This document shows positions 49,501 through 58,855 of a stretch of DNA of 64,000 bases, in pieces. The notes under the pieces were generated by a model, which was given only the letters and a program-made list of their open reading frames with translations, was not told the origin of the DNA and searched no databases. Source of the DNA: an uncultured Verrucomicrobiae bacterium (GTDB taxonomy: Bacteria; Verrucomicrobiota; Verrucomicrobiia; Chthoniobacterales; UBA10450); NCBI GenBank assembly GCA_963815455.1, contig CAWFGO010000001.1, positions 693,258-757,257 on the forward strand. Reading direction: 5' to 3'. The translations under genes and the position numbers were made by a program. Position 1 is the first letter of the stretch, and the number at the start of each line of letters is the position of its first letter.

Positions 49501-49907
49501 TAGCCTGGATTGCCGCGCATAAGCGAGTTTTGCTTTATCGACAACGGGATTTGGAAAATTGGACTACTGGACCCGAGAAAGCGGAATTTCATCTTCTCGA
49601 TCCGGCGACTGGAGCGCACGAAAAAGTTGAGGGCGAGATGCGTCCTTTCTTCGACGCGGGCAGCCATGAGCTCCAACCAACCGGCAAGCCGAATGAATTT
49701 TGGGCCGCGCTGCACTCGAGCATTGTCGATCCTAAATTGCACACGACGACCATCGGTCGGTTCGACAGCTACAATTTTCGATTTTCGCCGGTGCTCAGTT
49801 TTCCCGATATCGAATTCGACAGCGCGAGCCTTTACGTCGATGGACCCGGCCGACAGATCTGGATCGCCGTCAACGGCGATTTGCTCCGCGTTTCGTTGCC
49901 AAACTAA
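46503..49907 (+). CDS. Large hypothetical secreted protein (N-terminal HEAT/ARM-like helical repeats, unknown C-terminal domains)
   Basis: Uninterrupted 1134-aa ORF starting 9 nt after thrS. Signal-like N-terminus (VSVTIVALWTSATFLSSA). No catalytic motif recognised. Confidence 0.65.
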   Translation: MLRAWRSVSVTIVALWTSATFLSSADKPGAYTKLPADQAVAQLFDSPAPPVDWREYLRQHPLKRNIPAKNAPLDDVLEYWRYAADEPPPDADTQQRLLEVCERDPDELPDFARFFGKASIDTQERLKRIYDRTSSKHTAKAEDLARNFHDWLMKHTRYFREDFIKRVFPAEDGLRIAATENELEAFINLDRESARSHLIEQAKSADESLRISALSLLFEYFGTDADAESWRKELCAMATDRDKPTDLLEKAIFGAMKRPWPGREKWFTRLFEDRQLLHPDKPADMNALAKCVAREPDRLIALVTPLVVSANVTIRDNAVQCLVQFDNAEKARADALRPLLPWLTNKRWADDVDGFERSSLFRALTLTNLPECAPLLPKCIESETGAQLEYALDASVHYRVSDAIAPMRRRIKHERNDEYRTALMSALFHLNGLKPSEISDCLRPYVEKVADKLEEWGGSDYYSWSAVDKHGVDWHAEVGYKIASSVTGIEAAAKVVLDLAHQEEAKNPIASEHLYCLALKWPTSIRRRVLTERLQGGAFSPAWIGTVIELRHDLKQTLHEVADLKGSGQGIQAALTEDQGSIETVLKGTDSAAQTAVFACARLARVSIPLDLAVRFLDSSDQHLMQAADKYFAESDSPNARAEAKKRAVNRARVLGTQLNFSAFAMDHGAISRTEAELRAFFQRSDPPREIFALLSEGNFGNDGQRALFVYNKRNVLRCADGNGRMREREVSPAELDVLRSWIVKNDVGNLPPYDEGTMDGIQLQYVHITPDGGERVFMNNPPGGPMGAAKVQPGITERRPDPIVYSELTRRIMKLNEVPMAVVYPTLKKLEGYRVVHAKEQGEIASLRFREGELFAGVTISYDKPIEWCVVENDHLSRKFRTEPPNPLKRQLWPDYNDWDDRAANVEEGPYAGKLLWPGTRQKDNVDGLWASGRTGQPDLIARGIFYRPLVCPAGDWIVVAKTQEGEMWNAPNGVVRIHLPAKRMFPVDLPPADNFDAVAWIAAHKRVLLYRQRDLENWTTGPEKAEFHLLDPATGAHEKVEGEMRPFFDAGSHELQPTGKPNEFWAALHSSIVDPKLHTTTIGRFDSYNFRFSPVLSFPDIEFDSASLYVDGPGRQIWIAVNGDLLRVSLPN

Positions 49908-50007
49908 TGCGTTGCAAAGCCGCGGGGGTCTGACAGTATCCGTCGCAACCCGCTCAGGAATTGGCAATTGTGGGCTGTAGCGGAAAATCTCTACCCAACC
50001 TCATCCC

Positions 50008-50382
50008 ATGAAATTCAAAATCCTATTTACTCTGTTGATCGCTTGCTCGTTCTCACAAAAAATTCGCGCGGCCGAAGACGATCCGGCCAGGCTGATGCCG
50101 CGGAGTTATCGCGTGACTTTGGATAATCGCCAAGTGCGCGTGCTGAGCGTCACGTTAAGACCAGGCCAGAAGACTCCGATGCACTCGCACCCAGACTCGG
50201 TGATTTATGTTCTCAACGGCGGCGTTGTGAAATTCACGGACGACAAAGGGAAATCGACTACGGCCCGTATGAGATCGGGACAGACGATTTTCCGCAACGA
50301 TGAGGACCATATGGTGCAGAATGTCGGAAGACATACGGTTCGCGTTCTGCAGGTCGAACTAAAAGGCGTCCGCATTTTTTAG
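50008..50382 (+). CDS. Secreted cupin-domain protein
   Basis: Signal peptide (MKFKILFTLLIACSFSQKIRA). Cupin-like motif PGQKTPMHSHPDSVIYVLNG...H.V.N.G. Confidence 0.65.
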   Translation: MKFKILFTLLIACSFSQKIRAAEDDPARLMPRSYRVTLDNRQVRVLSVTLRPGQKTPMHSHPDSVIYVLNGGVVKFTDDKGKSTTARMRSGQTIFRNDEDHMVQNVGRHTVRVLQVELKGVRIF

Positions 50383-50430
50383 TCACGACTGGTAACCGCC
50401 AGTCGTGTCTTGCAAAATTTTGTCTGACCC

Positions 50431-51231
50431 ATGAATCGGACGCTGCTCGGTTTCGTTGTCGGGCTCGGATGTTTGCCCGTTGTGGCGGCATCCGATCTCC
50501 ATCCCATCGTTGAAGTGCAGACGGGCTATTTCTTTGGCGCAACTCGGGATGGCAAATGGATCAAGGCGGCCAAGGCGGCGAAGTCTGTTCAAGATGGAAC
50601 GCCTTATCGACTCTACGATCTGACCGAAAAGCTCGGTGAAACGAAGGGCAGCAAACCGAAAGCGGACGAAGAGGTCTGCCCGGATAATTTCAGTATCGCA
50701 CTGAAGCCGAAGCCGGAAAAAGGCGCCATCGCTCTGGCCGCATCGTGGAACGCCCTCCCGCGTAAACCGCTCGTCCTCGATCCTACCCAGCAGGTTTACA
50801 TCGACGCGGTGCGCGATTTTTTGAAGGGACGCGGCATCAAGAGCCCGAAGGTGAAGATCAAACGTATTCTGCGCGTTGATTTGGAAGGGGACGGCGAAGA
50901 GGAAGTGCTTATCAACGCCACGAATTATCTCAGCGCCGAAGATTTGGAAGTGCCGGACACTGCGCCACCGGGAAGTTATTCCATCGTCCTATTGCGACGC
51001 GTCGTTGCGGGGAAAGTGAAAACTCAAGTTGTAGCAGGCGAAGTTCATGCCGACGGAAAAAACGCCAACCCGCCGAACTATTATGAGATCAGCGCGGTTC
51101 TCGATCTAAACGGTGATGGCAAACTCGAGATTATCGTGCACTCCAGCTACTACGAGGGAGGATCGACAATCATTTACCAATGCGATCCGGCCAAGATCAC
51201 GCCGCTGCTTGAAGTGGCCTGCGGAGTCTGA
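50431..51231 (+). CDS. Hypothetical secreted protein with FG-GAP/VCBS-like Ca-binding motifs
   Basis: Signal peptide, plus the motifs DLEGDGEEEVLI and DLNGDGKLEIIV. Confidence 0.55.
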   Translation: MNRTLLGFVVGLGCLPVVAASDLHPIVEVQTGYFFGATRDGKWIKAAKAAKSVQDGTPYRLYDLTEKLGETKGSKPKADEEVCPDNFSIALKPKPEKGAIALAASWNALPRKPLVLDPTQQVYIDAVRDFLKGRGIKSPKVKIKRILRVDLEGDGEEEVLINATNYLSAEDLEVPDTAPPGSYSIVLLRRVVAGKVKTQVVAGEVHADGKNANPPNYYEISAVLDLNGDGKLEIIVHSSYYEGGSTIIYQCDPAKITPLLEVACGV

Positions 51232-51240
51232 GTGAACATT

Positions 51241-51729
51241 ATGAGCGAGAATGCAAAAGTGATCCATGTCGGGCCGGGCGAAGGCGATGCCTTCTCCGCC
51301 GTGGGCGATGTCTATCGTGTGCTCGCATCCGGCGACCAAACCGCTGGTGTTTATGCGCTTTCCGAAATCCGGGTTTCGCCAAATAACGGGCCACCGCCGC
51401 ATGTTCATTCTCGTGAGGATGAGGCATTTTTCGTTCTCGAAGGCGAACTCATGTTTCAAGTTGGCGACGACCAAATCAAGGCCCGGCCCGGCGCTTTTGT
51501 TCAAGGACCGCGTGGAATTCCGCACACGTTCAAAAACATTGGCCAATCCCCGGCGCGAATACTAGTGCTGGTGATGCCGGCGGGATTTGAAAATTTTGTT
51601 AAAGAGTTCGCTCAGCGTGTTCCCTCGTTCGATTCGCCGGCGATTCCGGTGAGCCAGGCCGAGATCGACAAGTTGCTCGCAGTCGCGCCCAAATACGGAA
51701 TCCAAATCCTTCCCCCGCCTGCCGCCTAA
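51241..51729 (+). CDS. Cupin-domain protein
   Basis: ORF 51232 (GTG) / ATG 51241. PPHVHSREDEAFFVLEGEL...GIPHTFKNIG is the two-motif cupin signature. Confidence 0.75.
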   Translation: MSENAKVIHVGPGEGDAFSAVGDVYRVLASGDQTAGVYALSEIRVSPNNGPPPHVHSREDEAFFVLEGELMFQVGDDQIKARPGAFVQGPRGIPHTFKNIGQSPARILVLVMPAGFENFVKEFAQRVPSFDSPAIPVSQAEIDKLLAVAPKYGIQILPPPAA

Positions 51730-51737
51730 CGCGCTGC

Positions 51738-53117
51738 TCAGTCCTGCTTTTGCGGGCTCAAGATCATCTTGCGAGCGCCTTCCTCGCCTTTCGGGTTGGC
51801 AATGCGAAAGAGCGCAGCCATCATGGCCCGGCCGGCCGGCGTAAAAATGGGCGTGTGTCCGTTAATGATTTCCTTTGGCACCTGCATGATCCAGTAAGGA
51901 GTCCGTTGCGCGGTGTCGGGCCGGGTGATGGTCCACCAATTGAATTGGCTCGGATCATTCTTCCTCGGCGTCGCGAAAGTCATGCCGTGCGGGTGCTGAA
52001 GGTTTTCTTCGAATGCCGGATTCGGTTCCTCCAATTCCGCGCATTGGGTTTGACTGATCCGCGCGGTCATACGGGCCACCTCGGTCGCAGAAGAAGCTTC
52101 GGCCGGCGGACCGGCAGGATCGACATGGTGGGTGAAGAGGCGCTTGTTGTGTCCCGGCGTAATTGTGAGGTATTCATGCTGATCGACCTCCTGACTCAAA
52201 TTGCCGAATCGATCGTCCCAATGATATTGCCGATGAGCGAAAAGGTTTGGAAAAAACGTGCCGACTGGGAACCATCCTTGGGTCGCCGTGTCGGTTTTTG
52301 AAGTAATGGAAATGAGCAACGGCCGGTTCGGACTAACGGAATCGCGGTGTCCAATGCGGGCGAACATTTCTCTCATCTCCTTCGCGTAGATGGATTCGCC
52401 GGCGGAATTGACCAGCAGAATCAGGTCGGCCGGGGCGTTAAACGGACCGCCCCTGGCCTGCACGTCCTGGGCCAGAACACCACCGGTGAGCGCCTGGGCC
52501 ATGGCCTTTTCCAAAACGAGCGCGCCAAATGAATGTCCAATCACCACGCATTTCGATCCGGAATTTTCTCGACGCGCCTGACGTATCAACTCGAAGATCG
52601 TTTCTGTCACCGGTGTCCCGGCCACCCTGGTAGCGGCGGCTTTGCGGCTAAGAAAGGTCAGGTAATCGAGCGGACCGCTGATCAACCGGCCGCGCCAGCC
52701 CAGATAAACTCCGTGAACTTGAAAACCAGTCGTGCTCGCGGAAACCGCCAGCTCGGAAAGAAGACAACGGAATGTTTCGACATCGCCCGGATTCTTGCCG
52801 CCCGGTTTGCGATCGTTGGCGTTGTGATGCCAGCCGTGAATGTAAATCACCAACAGGACCGGCTTTTTTGTATCGCGAATTTTATTGTTCGCGCGCCCCA
52901 GTTGACGGCGATCCCAGAAGTCTCCTTTCTCATCAAATTCGATAAATGAAATCCTGTAGGTCCGGCCTTCCGAAATGCTTATTTCATCAAAGGAAGATTT
53001 TTGATTCGGGTAATTTTTGTCATCGATACCAAGGAGGCGAAACGGTTTGTTCGCGACGCACCCGAAAAGAATGGTCGAGCACGCCAGGGCAACAGCGCTC
53101 CGAAGTGGGAAATTCAT
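51738..53117 (-). CDS. Alpha/beta-hydrolase-fold lipoprotein (esterase/lipase-like)
   Basis: ORF 51738..53258 trimmed to the ATG at 53117 (MNFPLRSAVALACSTILFGCVANK, lipobox). IYIHGWHHNA and the nucleophile elbow GHSFG. Confidence 0.7.
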   Translation of the reverse strand: MNFPLRSAVALACSTILFGCVANKPFRLLGIDDKNYPNQKSSFDEISISEGRTYRISFIEFDEKGDFWDRRQLGRANNKIRDTKKPVLLVIYIHGWHHNANDRKPGGKNPGDVETFRCLLSELAVSASTTGFQVHGVYLGWRGRLISGPLDYLTFLSRKAAATRVAGTPVTETIFELIRQARRENSGSKCVVIGHSFGALVLEKAMAQALTGGVLAQDVQARGGPFNAPADLILLVNSAGESIYAKEMREMFARIGHRDSVSPNRPLLISITSKTDTATQGWFPVGTFFPNLFAHRQYHWDDRFGNLSQEVDQHEYLTITPGHNKRLFTHHVDPAGPPAEASSATEVARMTARISQTQCAELEEPNPAFEENLQHPHGMTFATPRKNDPSQFNWWTITRPDTAQRTPYWIMQVPKEIINGHTPIFTPAGRAMMAALFRIANPKGEEGARKMILSPQKQD

Positions 53118-53220
53118 CGCCAGAAAATGATCTTCGGATTTAACAATTGATAGGCAATTAACGTCAAGCTCTTGTGCGTCGTCCCCGGCACTCCGTGGGA
53201 CAAGCCTTGATCGGGGGACG

Positions 53221-55061
53221 ATGACGGGACTAAAACAGGAAATGGATTTGCGGGGCATACTGAAGAAGCACTTTGGCTATGATCAGTTTCGGCCGCTGCA
53301 AGAAGAGATCATCGCCGACGCCCTGGCGGGTCGCGATGTTTTTGTCCTGATGCCGACGGGCGGCGGGAAATCGCTTTGTTTTCAGTTGCCGGCGTTAATT
53401 CGCGATGGATTAACGATTGTAGTGTCGCCCCTCATTTCCCTGATGAAAGATCAGGTCGACGCGCTGCGGGCGAGCGGGATCGCCGCGACGTTTTTGAATT
53501 CGACGCTGGACCGCCACGAAGCGGCTGAACGATTCCGAGGTTTGAATCGTGGCGAGTATAGGATGCTCTACGTCGCGCCGGAGCGACTCATGCTGGATAG
53601 GTTCCTGGAGGGAGCGTTGAACTGGAACATCGCGCAGATCGCCATCGACGAGGCTCATTGCATCAGCGAATGGGGACACGATTTCCGGCCGGAATATCGC
53701 GAGCTCAAGAAATTGCGAACTCACCTTCCCGATGTGCCGGTGATGGCGCTTACCGCAACCGCAACCGAACGGGTCAGGATCGACATCGTCAAGCAACTCA
53801 AGCTGCGTGAGCCACGCTGCTATGTGGCCAGTTTCAATCGGCCGAATCTTACCTATCGCGTAATTCCGAAATCGGGACCTTACGATCAACTGCTCGCTTT
53901 CGTCCGGAGCCGGCCAAACGAGAGCGGCATCGTTTATTGCGCGAGCAGAAAGACGGCGGATTCGTTGCCACAGAGTTAAACACCGACGGAGTCAAAGCGA
54001 AGCCGTACCATGCCGGGCTCGACGCAAAGGAGCGAACAAGGCATCAGGACCTTTTTCTGCGCGATGATGTGCGCGTGATTACGGCAACGATCGCGTTCGG
54101 GATGGGGATCAACAAATCGAACGTCCGCTTCGTTATCCATCACGATCTGCCGAAGAATCTGGAAAGTTATTATCAGGAGACGGGGCGGGCCGGACGGGAC
54201 GGATTGCCCAGTGAGTGCGTGCTGCTTTTCAGCGCGAGCGACGTGGTCAAGCAACGGCGTTTCATCGAAGAGAAAGGCGAAAAGGAACAGCAGATCGCAA
54301 AGGAGCAGTTGCGCGACATGATTCATTACGCTGAGACCCGCCATTGCCGGCGGGCCACGCTGCTGAAATATTTCGGCGAAGAATTTCCGGTTCCCTGCAA
54401 TGGCTGCGACAATTGCCTGGAGCCGCGGGAAACGTTCGATGGGACTGTTCACGCGCAGAAATTTCTATCCTGCGTTTATCGCATCCACGAAAAACACGGT
54501 TTTGGTTTCGGGTTGAATCACGTTGTCGATGTTCTGGCCGGCGCCGAAACAGAAGCCATCAGGCAACGCAGCCACCATGAACTTTCAACATATGGGATCG
54601 GCAAGGATGTGAAACGGACCGCGTGGCTCGCGATTGGTCGTGAGTTGTTGCGGTTGGGACTCGTCGCCGCTGCGCCGGGAAAATTCGCGACGTTGCAATT
54701 AACGGAGGCCGGACTCGCAGCCTTGCGCGAGCGAAAGTCACTCACGCTGACAAAGCCGTTCGATGTCGAAACGACCAGGCGAGCCAGAAAGCATCGAGCC
54801 GGCGACATTGAATGTGACGAATCGTTGTTCGAGCAACTGCGCGTCTTGCGCCGCCAAATCGCCGATGAACGCGATGTGCCCGCCTATGTCATCTTCTCCG
54901 ACGTTGCCCTGCGCGAAATGGCGCGGGGTTATCCGACGACTTCCGCGGAGTTCGGTCGAATTCCAGGGGTCGGTCAGCAGAAGCTACGGGATTTCGCAGA
55001 GCCGTTTACTGCTGCGATCAGAGATTATCTCGCGAGCAATCCTCGCCAGTCACGAGCCTAG
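53221..55061 (+). pseudogene. recQ: ATP-dependent DNA helicase RecQ, apparent -1 frame break
   Basis: ORF 53221..53979 (FGYDQFRPLQ, PTGGGKSLCFQ, DEAHCISEWGHDFRPEY) joins ORF 53937..55061 (PYHAGL, ATIAFGMGINK, YYQETGRAGRDG, the Zn-finger CRR..C..CDNC, and HRDC). The break lies near 53955-53968. Confidence 0.9.
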
Positions 55062-55636
55062 TGCTGCTTGTCGACTGATTTCGGCTGGAGAGTGATAAAC
55101 GTTTTTAGTACTTCCTGCAGCGCTGCCAAATCCTTGCGATAATTCGACTCATCCCGGGATGAGAGAACGATGTAAGCGACGGCGTGAGACATTTGGACGT
55201 AGGCGATGCGCTCCCATTGGGAGTAAGTTTTTGTCGCCGGATATTCATTAATAAAATAGTCGTGGCCGTCCAGTGTCTTGCCGGAGGCGATCTTCTCCTT
55301 CGGCGTGCCGTGCGCCTTTTTCATTTCCTTGATCGCCATGGTGACGAACGCATTCACGTCTTCAAATTGAGTGCTGGCGATCTTCGCGTAGATGATCGTC
55401 TTCGCATCCGCCCAGGACGATCCTTTGGGATACAACACGCAGGGCAAACCTTGCGAAGCGCCGGACTCATTGTCCAGGACCCAACCCTCCGGCGCATTGA
55501 TGTTAAAGGCGCCTTTCGGTCCGTAAACAATTCCGCCACGAAAAGTTTCCTGGGCGGGACTTTGGCTACAGATGAGGAACAACGCGAGGCAAACAGCCAA
55601 AATTCGTTTCATGACCAGTTGACACAGGCGGTTCAT
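55058..55636 (-). CDS. Hypothetical secreted protein
   Basis: ORF 55058..55705 trimmed to the ATG at 55636 (or 55612) because dnaJ ends at 55639. Signal peptide MKRILAVCLALFLICSQSPAQE. Confidence 0.55.
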   Translation of the reverse strand: MNRLCQLVMKRILAVCLALFLICSQSPAQETFRGGIVYGPKGAFNINAPEGWVLDNESGASQGLPCVLYPKGSSWADAKTIIYAKIASTQFEDVNAFVTMAIKEMKKAHGTPKEKIASGKTLDGHDYFINEYPATKTYSQWERIAYVQMSHAVAYIVLSSRDESNYRKDLAALQEVLKTFITLQPKSVDKQH

Positions 55637-55638
55637 GA

Positions 55639-56778
55639 TTACCGGAAGAATTCTTTCGCCCGCTCGAAGAAACTCTTGTGCATCGGCGCGTTTTCCTCCC
55701 CGCACAGATCAGCAAACTCCTCGAGCTTACCTCGCTGCTCCGCATTCAAACGCGTCGGTACTTCGACAATGAGACGCGCGAGCAGGTCGCCGCGCTCCCT
55801 TCCATTTACATGGACGATTCCTTTGCCGCGCAGTTTGAACGTCTGACCGCTTTGCGTACCGGCGGGGACTTTCAGATTGGCCCTGCCATCGAGCGTCGGC
55901 ACGGCTACTTCGCCACCGAGCGCCGCCACCGAGAACGGAATGGGCAGTTCGCAATAAAGATTATCTTCGTCGCGCTGAAAAATTTCGTGTTCCTTAATGT
56001 GGATCACCACATAGAGATCGCCCTGCGGCCCGCCGCGAATGCCGGCCTCGCCGTTTCGCGACGAACGGAGCCGCGAACCTTCGCTGATTCCCGCCGGAAT
56101 CTTCAACTTCACTCGGCTCGCTTTCTCGAGGCGGCCTTCTCCGGCGCAGGCCCGGCACGGTTTCTCAATGACCTGACCGACCCCGCGACAACGCGGGCAC
56201 GTTTGTGAAATCTGGAAAAAACCGCGCGAGCTGATCACCTGACCACGACCGCCGCAGGCGGGACAACTGATCGTTCGTGAGCCGGACTCGGCGCCGCTGC
56301 CATTGCACTTGTCGCAGGTGTCCAGCTTGCGAATCTCAATTTCTTTTTCGACACCGAAGGCCGCTTCTTCGAGCGTGATTTGCATGTCGTACCGCAAATC
56401 GGAGCCGCGCTGTCGATCCTCGGCCTGGGTCCCGCCGCCTCCAAAAAAGGTCTCGAAAATTCCGCCGCCCATTCCGCCGCCGCCGAATACTTCGCGGAAA
56501 ATATCGAACGGATCGTGAAACCCACCGCCGGCAAATCCTCCGCCCTGGGTGAAAGCAGCATGACCGAACCGATCGTAAGCGGCGCGTTTATCGGGATCCA
56601 TCAAGACGTCGTAGGCTTCGCCGAGCTCCTTAAATTTTTCTTCGGAGTGCGGGTCGTCCGGATTTTTATCTGGATGAAATTTTACGGCCAGCTTGCGATA
56701 AGCGCGTTTGACCTCGTCGCCTGTGGCGCTGCGCTCGATCTCGAGAACCTCGTAATAATCGCGTTTGGTGGTGGCCAT
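55639..56778 (-). CDS. dnaJ: Molecular chaperone DnaJ
   Basis: ORF trimmed to the ATG at 56778 ([14 protein letters not shown]...). The J domain has HPDKNP, followed by a G/F region and four CxxCxGxG zinc motifs. Confidence 0.9.
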   Translation of the reverse strand: MATTKRDYYEVLEIERSATGDEVKRAYRKLAVKFHPDKNPDDPHSEEKFKELGEAYDVLMDPDKRAAYDRFGHAAFTQGGGFAGGGFHDPFDIFREVFGGGGMGGGIFETFFGGGGTQAEDRQRGSDLRYDMQITLEEAAFGVEKEIEIRKLDTCDKCNGSGAESGSRTISCPACGGRGQVISSRGFFQISQTCPRCRGVGQVIEKPCRACAGEGRLEKASRVKLKIPAGISEGSRLRSSRNGEAGIRGGPQGDLYVVIHIKEHEIFQRDEDNLYCELPIPFSVAALGGEVAVPTLDGRANLKVPAGTQSGQTFKLRGKGIVHVNGRERGDLLARLIVEVPTRLNAEQRGKLEEFADLCGEENAPMHKSFFERAKEFFR

Positions 56779-56859
56779 CGTAAAACAGTGACTAGTGGCG
56801 GCTGACAAGAGAAAGCATGCCGCTTGCCTATTTACTCGTCACTTACCAGTTGTCACCCG

Positions 56860-57405
56860 TCACTTCCCTGCCGGGCCGCTGGAGACCACCACGCTGGATG
56901 GCCGGAGCAAACGGTCTTTCAAAAGATAACCGCGGCGAGTCTGGCGAATGACGTTTCCTTCCGCCACTTCCTCGCTTGGCTCGTGCGCGATCGCTTCGTG
57001 AAAATTGGGATCGAATTTCTTTCCCTCGGCCTCGATCGGTCGCAATCCGTTGTCGGCCAGGAAATCGTTGAGTTGTTTGAACACGAGACTCATTCCGGAA
57101 TAAATGGGCGATTTGTCCCCCTCGGCCTGCGCCGCGGTAAGACCGAGCTCGAAATTATCGACAATCGCGATCAGCCGCTCGAGCAGCGAGCTATTGGCGT
57201 ATTTAATGGCTTCTTCTTTGTCGCGAGCGGTGCGCTTCTTGTAATTTTCGAAGTCAGCCTGGCTGCGCATGGCCAGATCGCGAAATCGATCGAGATCCGC
57301 CTGCAAGCCGGCGAGGCCGTCGTCTCCATCGGGTTCCGATGCTCTGGCAGGATCGATATCGGATTTATCCGGGTCTTTTGGTTGAGCTACAGGAATTTTT
57401 TTCAT
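56860..57405 (-). CDS. grpE: Nucleotide exchange factor GrpE
   Basis: ADFENYKKRTARDKEEAIKYA...LLERLIAIVDNFE...GYLLKDRLLRPSSVVV. Confidence 0.9.
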   Translation of the reverse strand: MKKIPVAQPKDPDKSDIDPARASEPDGDDGLAGLQADLDRFRDLAMRSQADFENYKKRTARDKEEAIKYANSSLLERLIAIVDNFELGLTAAQAEGDKSPIYSGMSLVFKQLNDFLADNGLRPIEAEGKKFDPNFHEAIAHEPSEEVAEGNVIRQTRRGYLLKDRLLRPSSVVVSSGPAGK

Positions 57406-58841
57406 GTCTTACGAATGGCGATAAGGGTGATGTCGTCGTGTTGTGGCGTTGTCCCGGCGAAGTTTCTCACGTCGTCGATTACGCTCGATATGATCGCCTG
57501 GGCGCTGCTGCCGTCGGCGCGAGCGCGGACCGATTCGGTCATACGCTCGACGCCAAATTCATCTCCCGCAGAGTCCAGCGCTTCGGTCACTCCATCTGTG
57601 TAAAGAAGCAAACAGTCACCGCGCTCGAGCGGGACGGTGAAATCGTTCGTGATCCTATCGAACACGCTTCCGCTGTCAATTCCCACGACCATTCCAGGCG
57701 GCTTCAATTTCTCCACCGTTTGCGAAGCGTGTTTGTAAAGCAACGGGGCATCGTGACCGGCCCGGGCCAGAACGACACCGCTCCGGGCGTGATCGAGTAT
57801 CAGATACGCCATGCTAATAAACATGTCTTCCTTAATATCGGGATAAAGCTGCCGATTGACCTTTTGCAAGACGTCGGCCGGAGAAGGATTCTTGGCCGCC
57901 TCACTCCGCAACACGCTGCGACAAATTGCCATGATCAGCGACGCGGGAACGCCTTTGCCCGAAACATCGGCAATGGCGATGCCGAGCCGTTCCTGATCGA
58001 CCACAATGTAATCGAAATAATCGCCGCTCACCTGTCGGGCGGGAATACTCGTCCCGCTTATTTCGAATCCATTGACCGAAGGCGGTTCGGTCGGCAAAAG
58101 CACTCGTTGAATATCTCGCGCGATCTCGAGGTCGTGATCGAGGCGCTTCTTTTCGCCAGCCTCGGAATAGATGATCGCGTTATAGAGCGCGAAGGCGGAT
58201 TGCTCGGCAATCGATTTGAACACGACAAAGTCGCTCTGGGAAAACGGCGCGCCCTTCGAGCCCTTGGCCAGCGCGAGAACACCGAGGTTTTGTTTTCCGT
58301 AAACCAACGAACCAATCATGAGCGACGAAGCGCCAAATGCGCTGTCGCGCAGGTTCGCCAGCTCCGGCGCTTCCGAGAATTCGTTCAGACTGACTGACTG
58401 CCCCGCTTGCCAGACCCGGCCGACAAGTCCCTCGCCCCGGGCGATGGAATGCAGCCGCAGATAAGTTTCGAGCGCGACCGATGTCGCAGCGGCCTGCCGC
58501 AAAATTTCCGCCGGAACATCGACAAGCGGGGGGCAACTCTTGGAGATATACGCCGGGGTGAGTTTCAGACCGGTCCGATCGACAAGGTAAAGCGCCCCGC
58601 CATGGGCATCGACGATGCGGGTGGCGCCCTCGACGATGAGCCGATGAAGATCGTTAGGCCGAATCGTTTCGGTAAAAGCCTCGCCCAGGCCGTGTAAAAA
58701 ATCGAAGACCAGTGTCTCCTCGACCTGAATTTCCTCGTTTGATCGCTCTAGCGTTCGAATCCGACTGGACTGCCGTCGGGCCGTGTAAATCCATCCGGCA
58801 ATGGACGCGACGAGCAGGACGGAGAGAAGAATCGGCCACAT
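57402..58841 (-). CDS. Membrane-anchored GAF-domain PP2C/SpoIIE-type serine phosphatase (RsbU-like)
   Basis: N-terminal TM helix, a GAF-like region, and PP2C motifs (SGDYFDY, IADVSGKGVPASL, LLLYTDGVTEA). ATGA overlap with the grpE start (57402-57405). Confidence 0.85.
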   Translation of the reverse strand: MWPILLSVLLVASIAGWIYTARRQSSRIRTLERSNEEIQVEETLVFDFLHGLGEAFTETIRPNDLHRLIVEGATRIVDAHGGALYLVDRTGLKLTPAYISKSCPPLVDVPAEILRQAAATSVALETYLRLHSIARGEGLVGRVWQAGQSVSLNEFSEAPELANLRDSAFGASSLMIGSLVYGKQNLGVLALAKGSKGAPFSQSDFVVFKSIAEQSAFALYNAIIYSEAGEKKRLDHDLEIARDIQRVLLPTEPPSVNGFEISGTSIPARQVSGDYFDYIVVDQERLGIAIADVSGKGVPASLIMAICRSVLRSEAAKNPSPADVLQKVNRQLYPDIKEDMFISMAYLILDHARSGVVLARAGHDAPLLYKHASQTVEKLKPPGMVVGIDSGSVFDRITNDFTVPLERGDCLLLYTDGVTEALDSAGDEFGVERMTESVRARADGSSAQAIISSVIDDVRNFAGTTPQHDDITLIAIRKT

Positions 58842-58855
58842 GTGGACCGGCCAGC

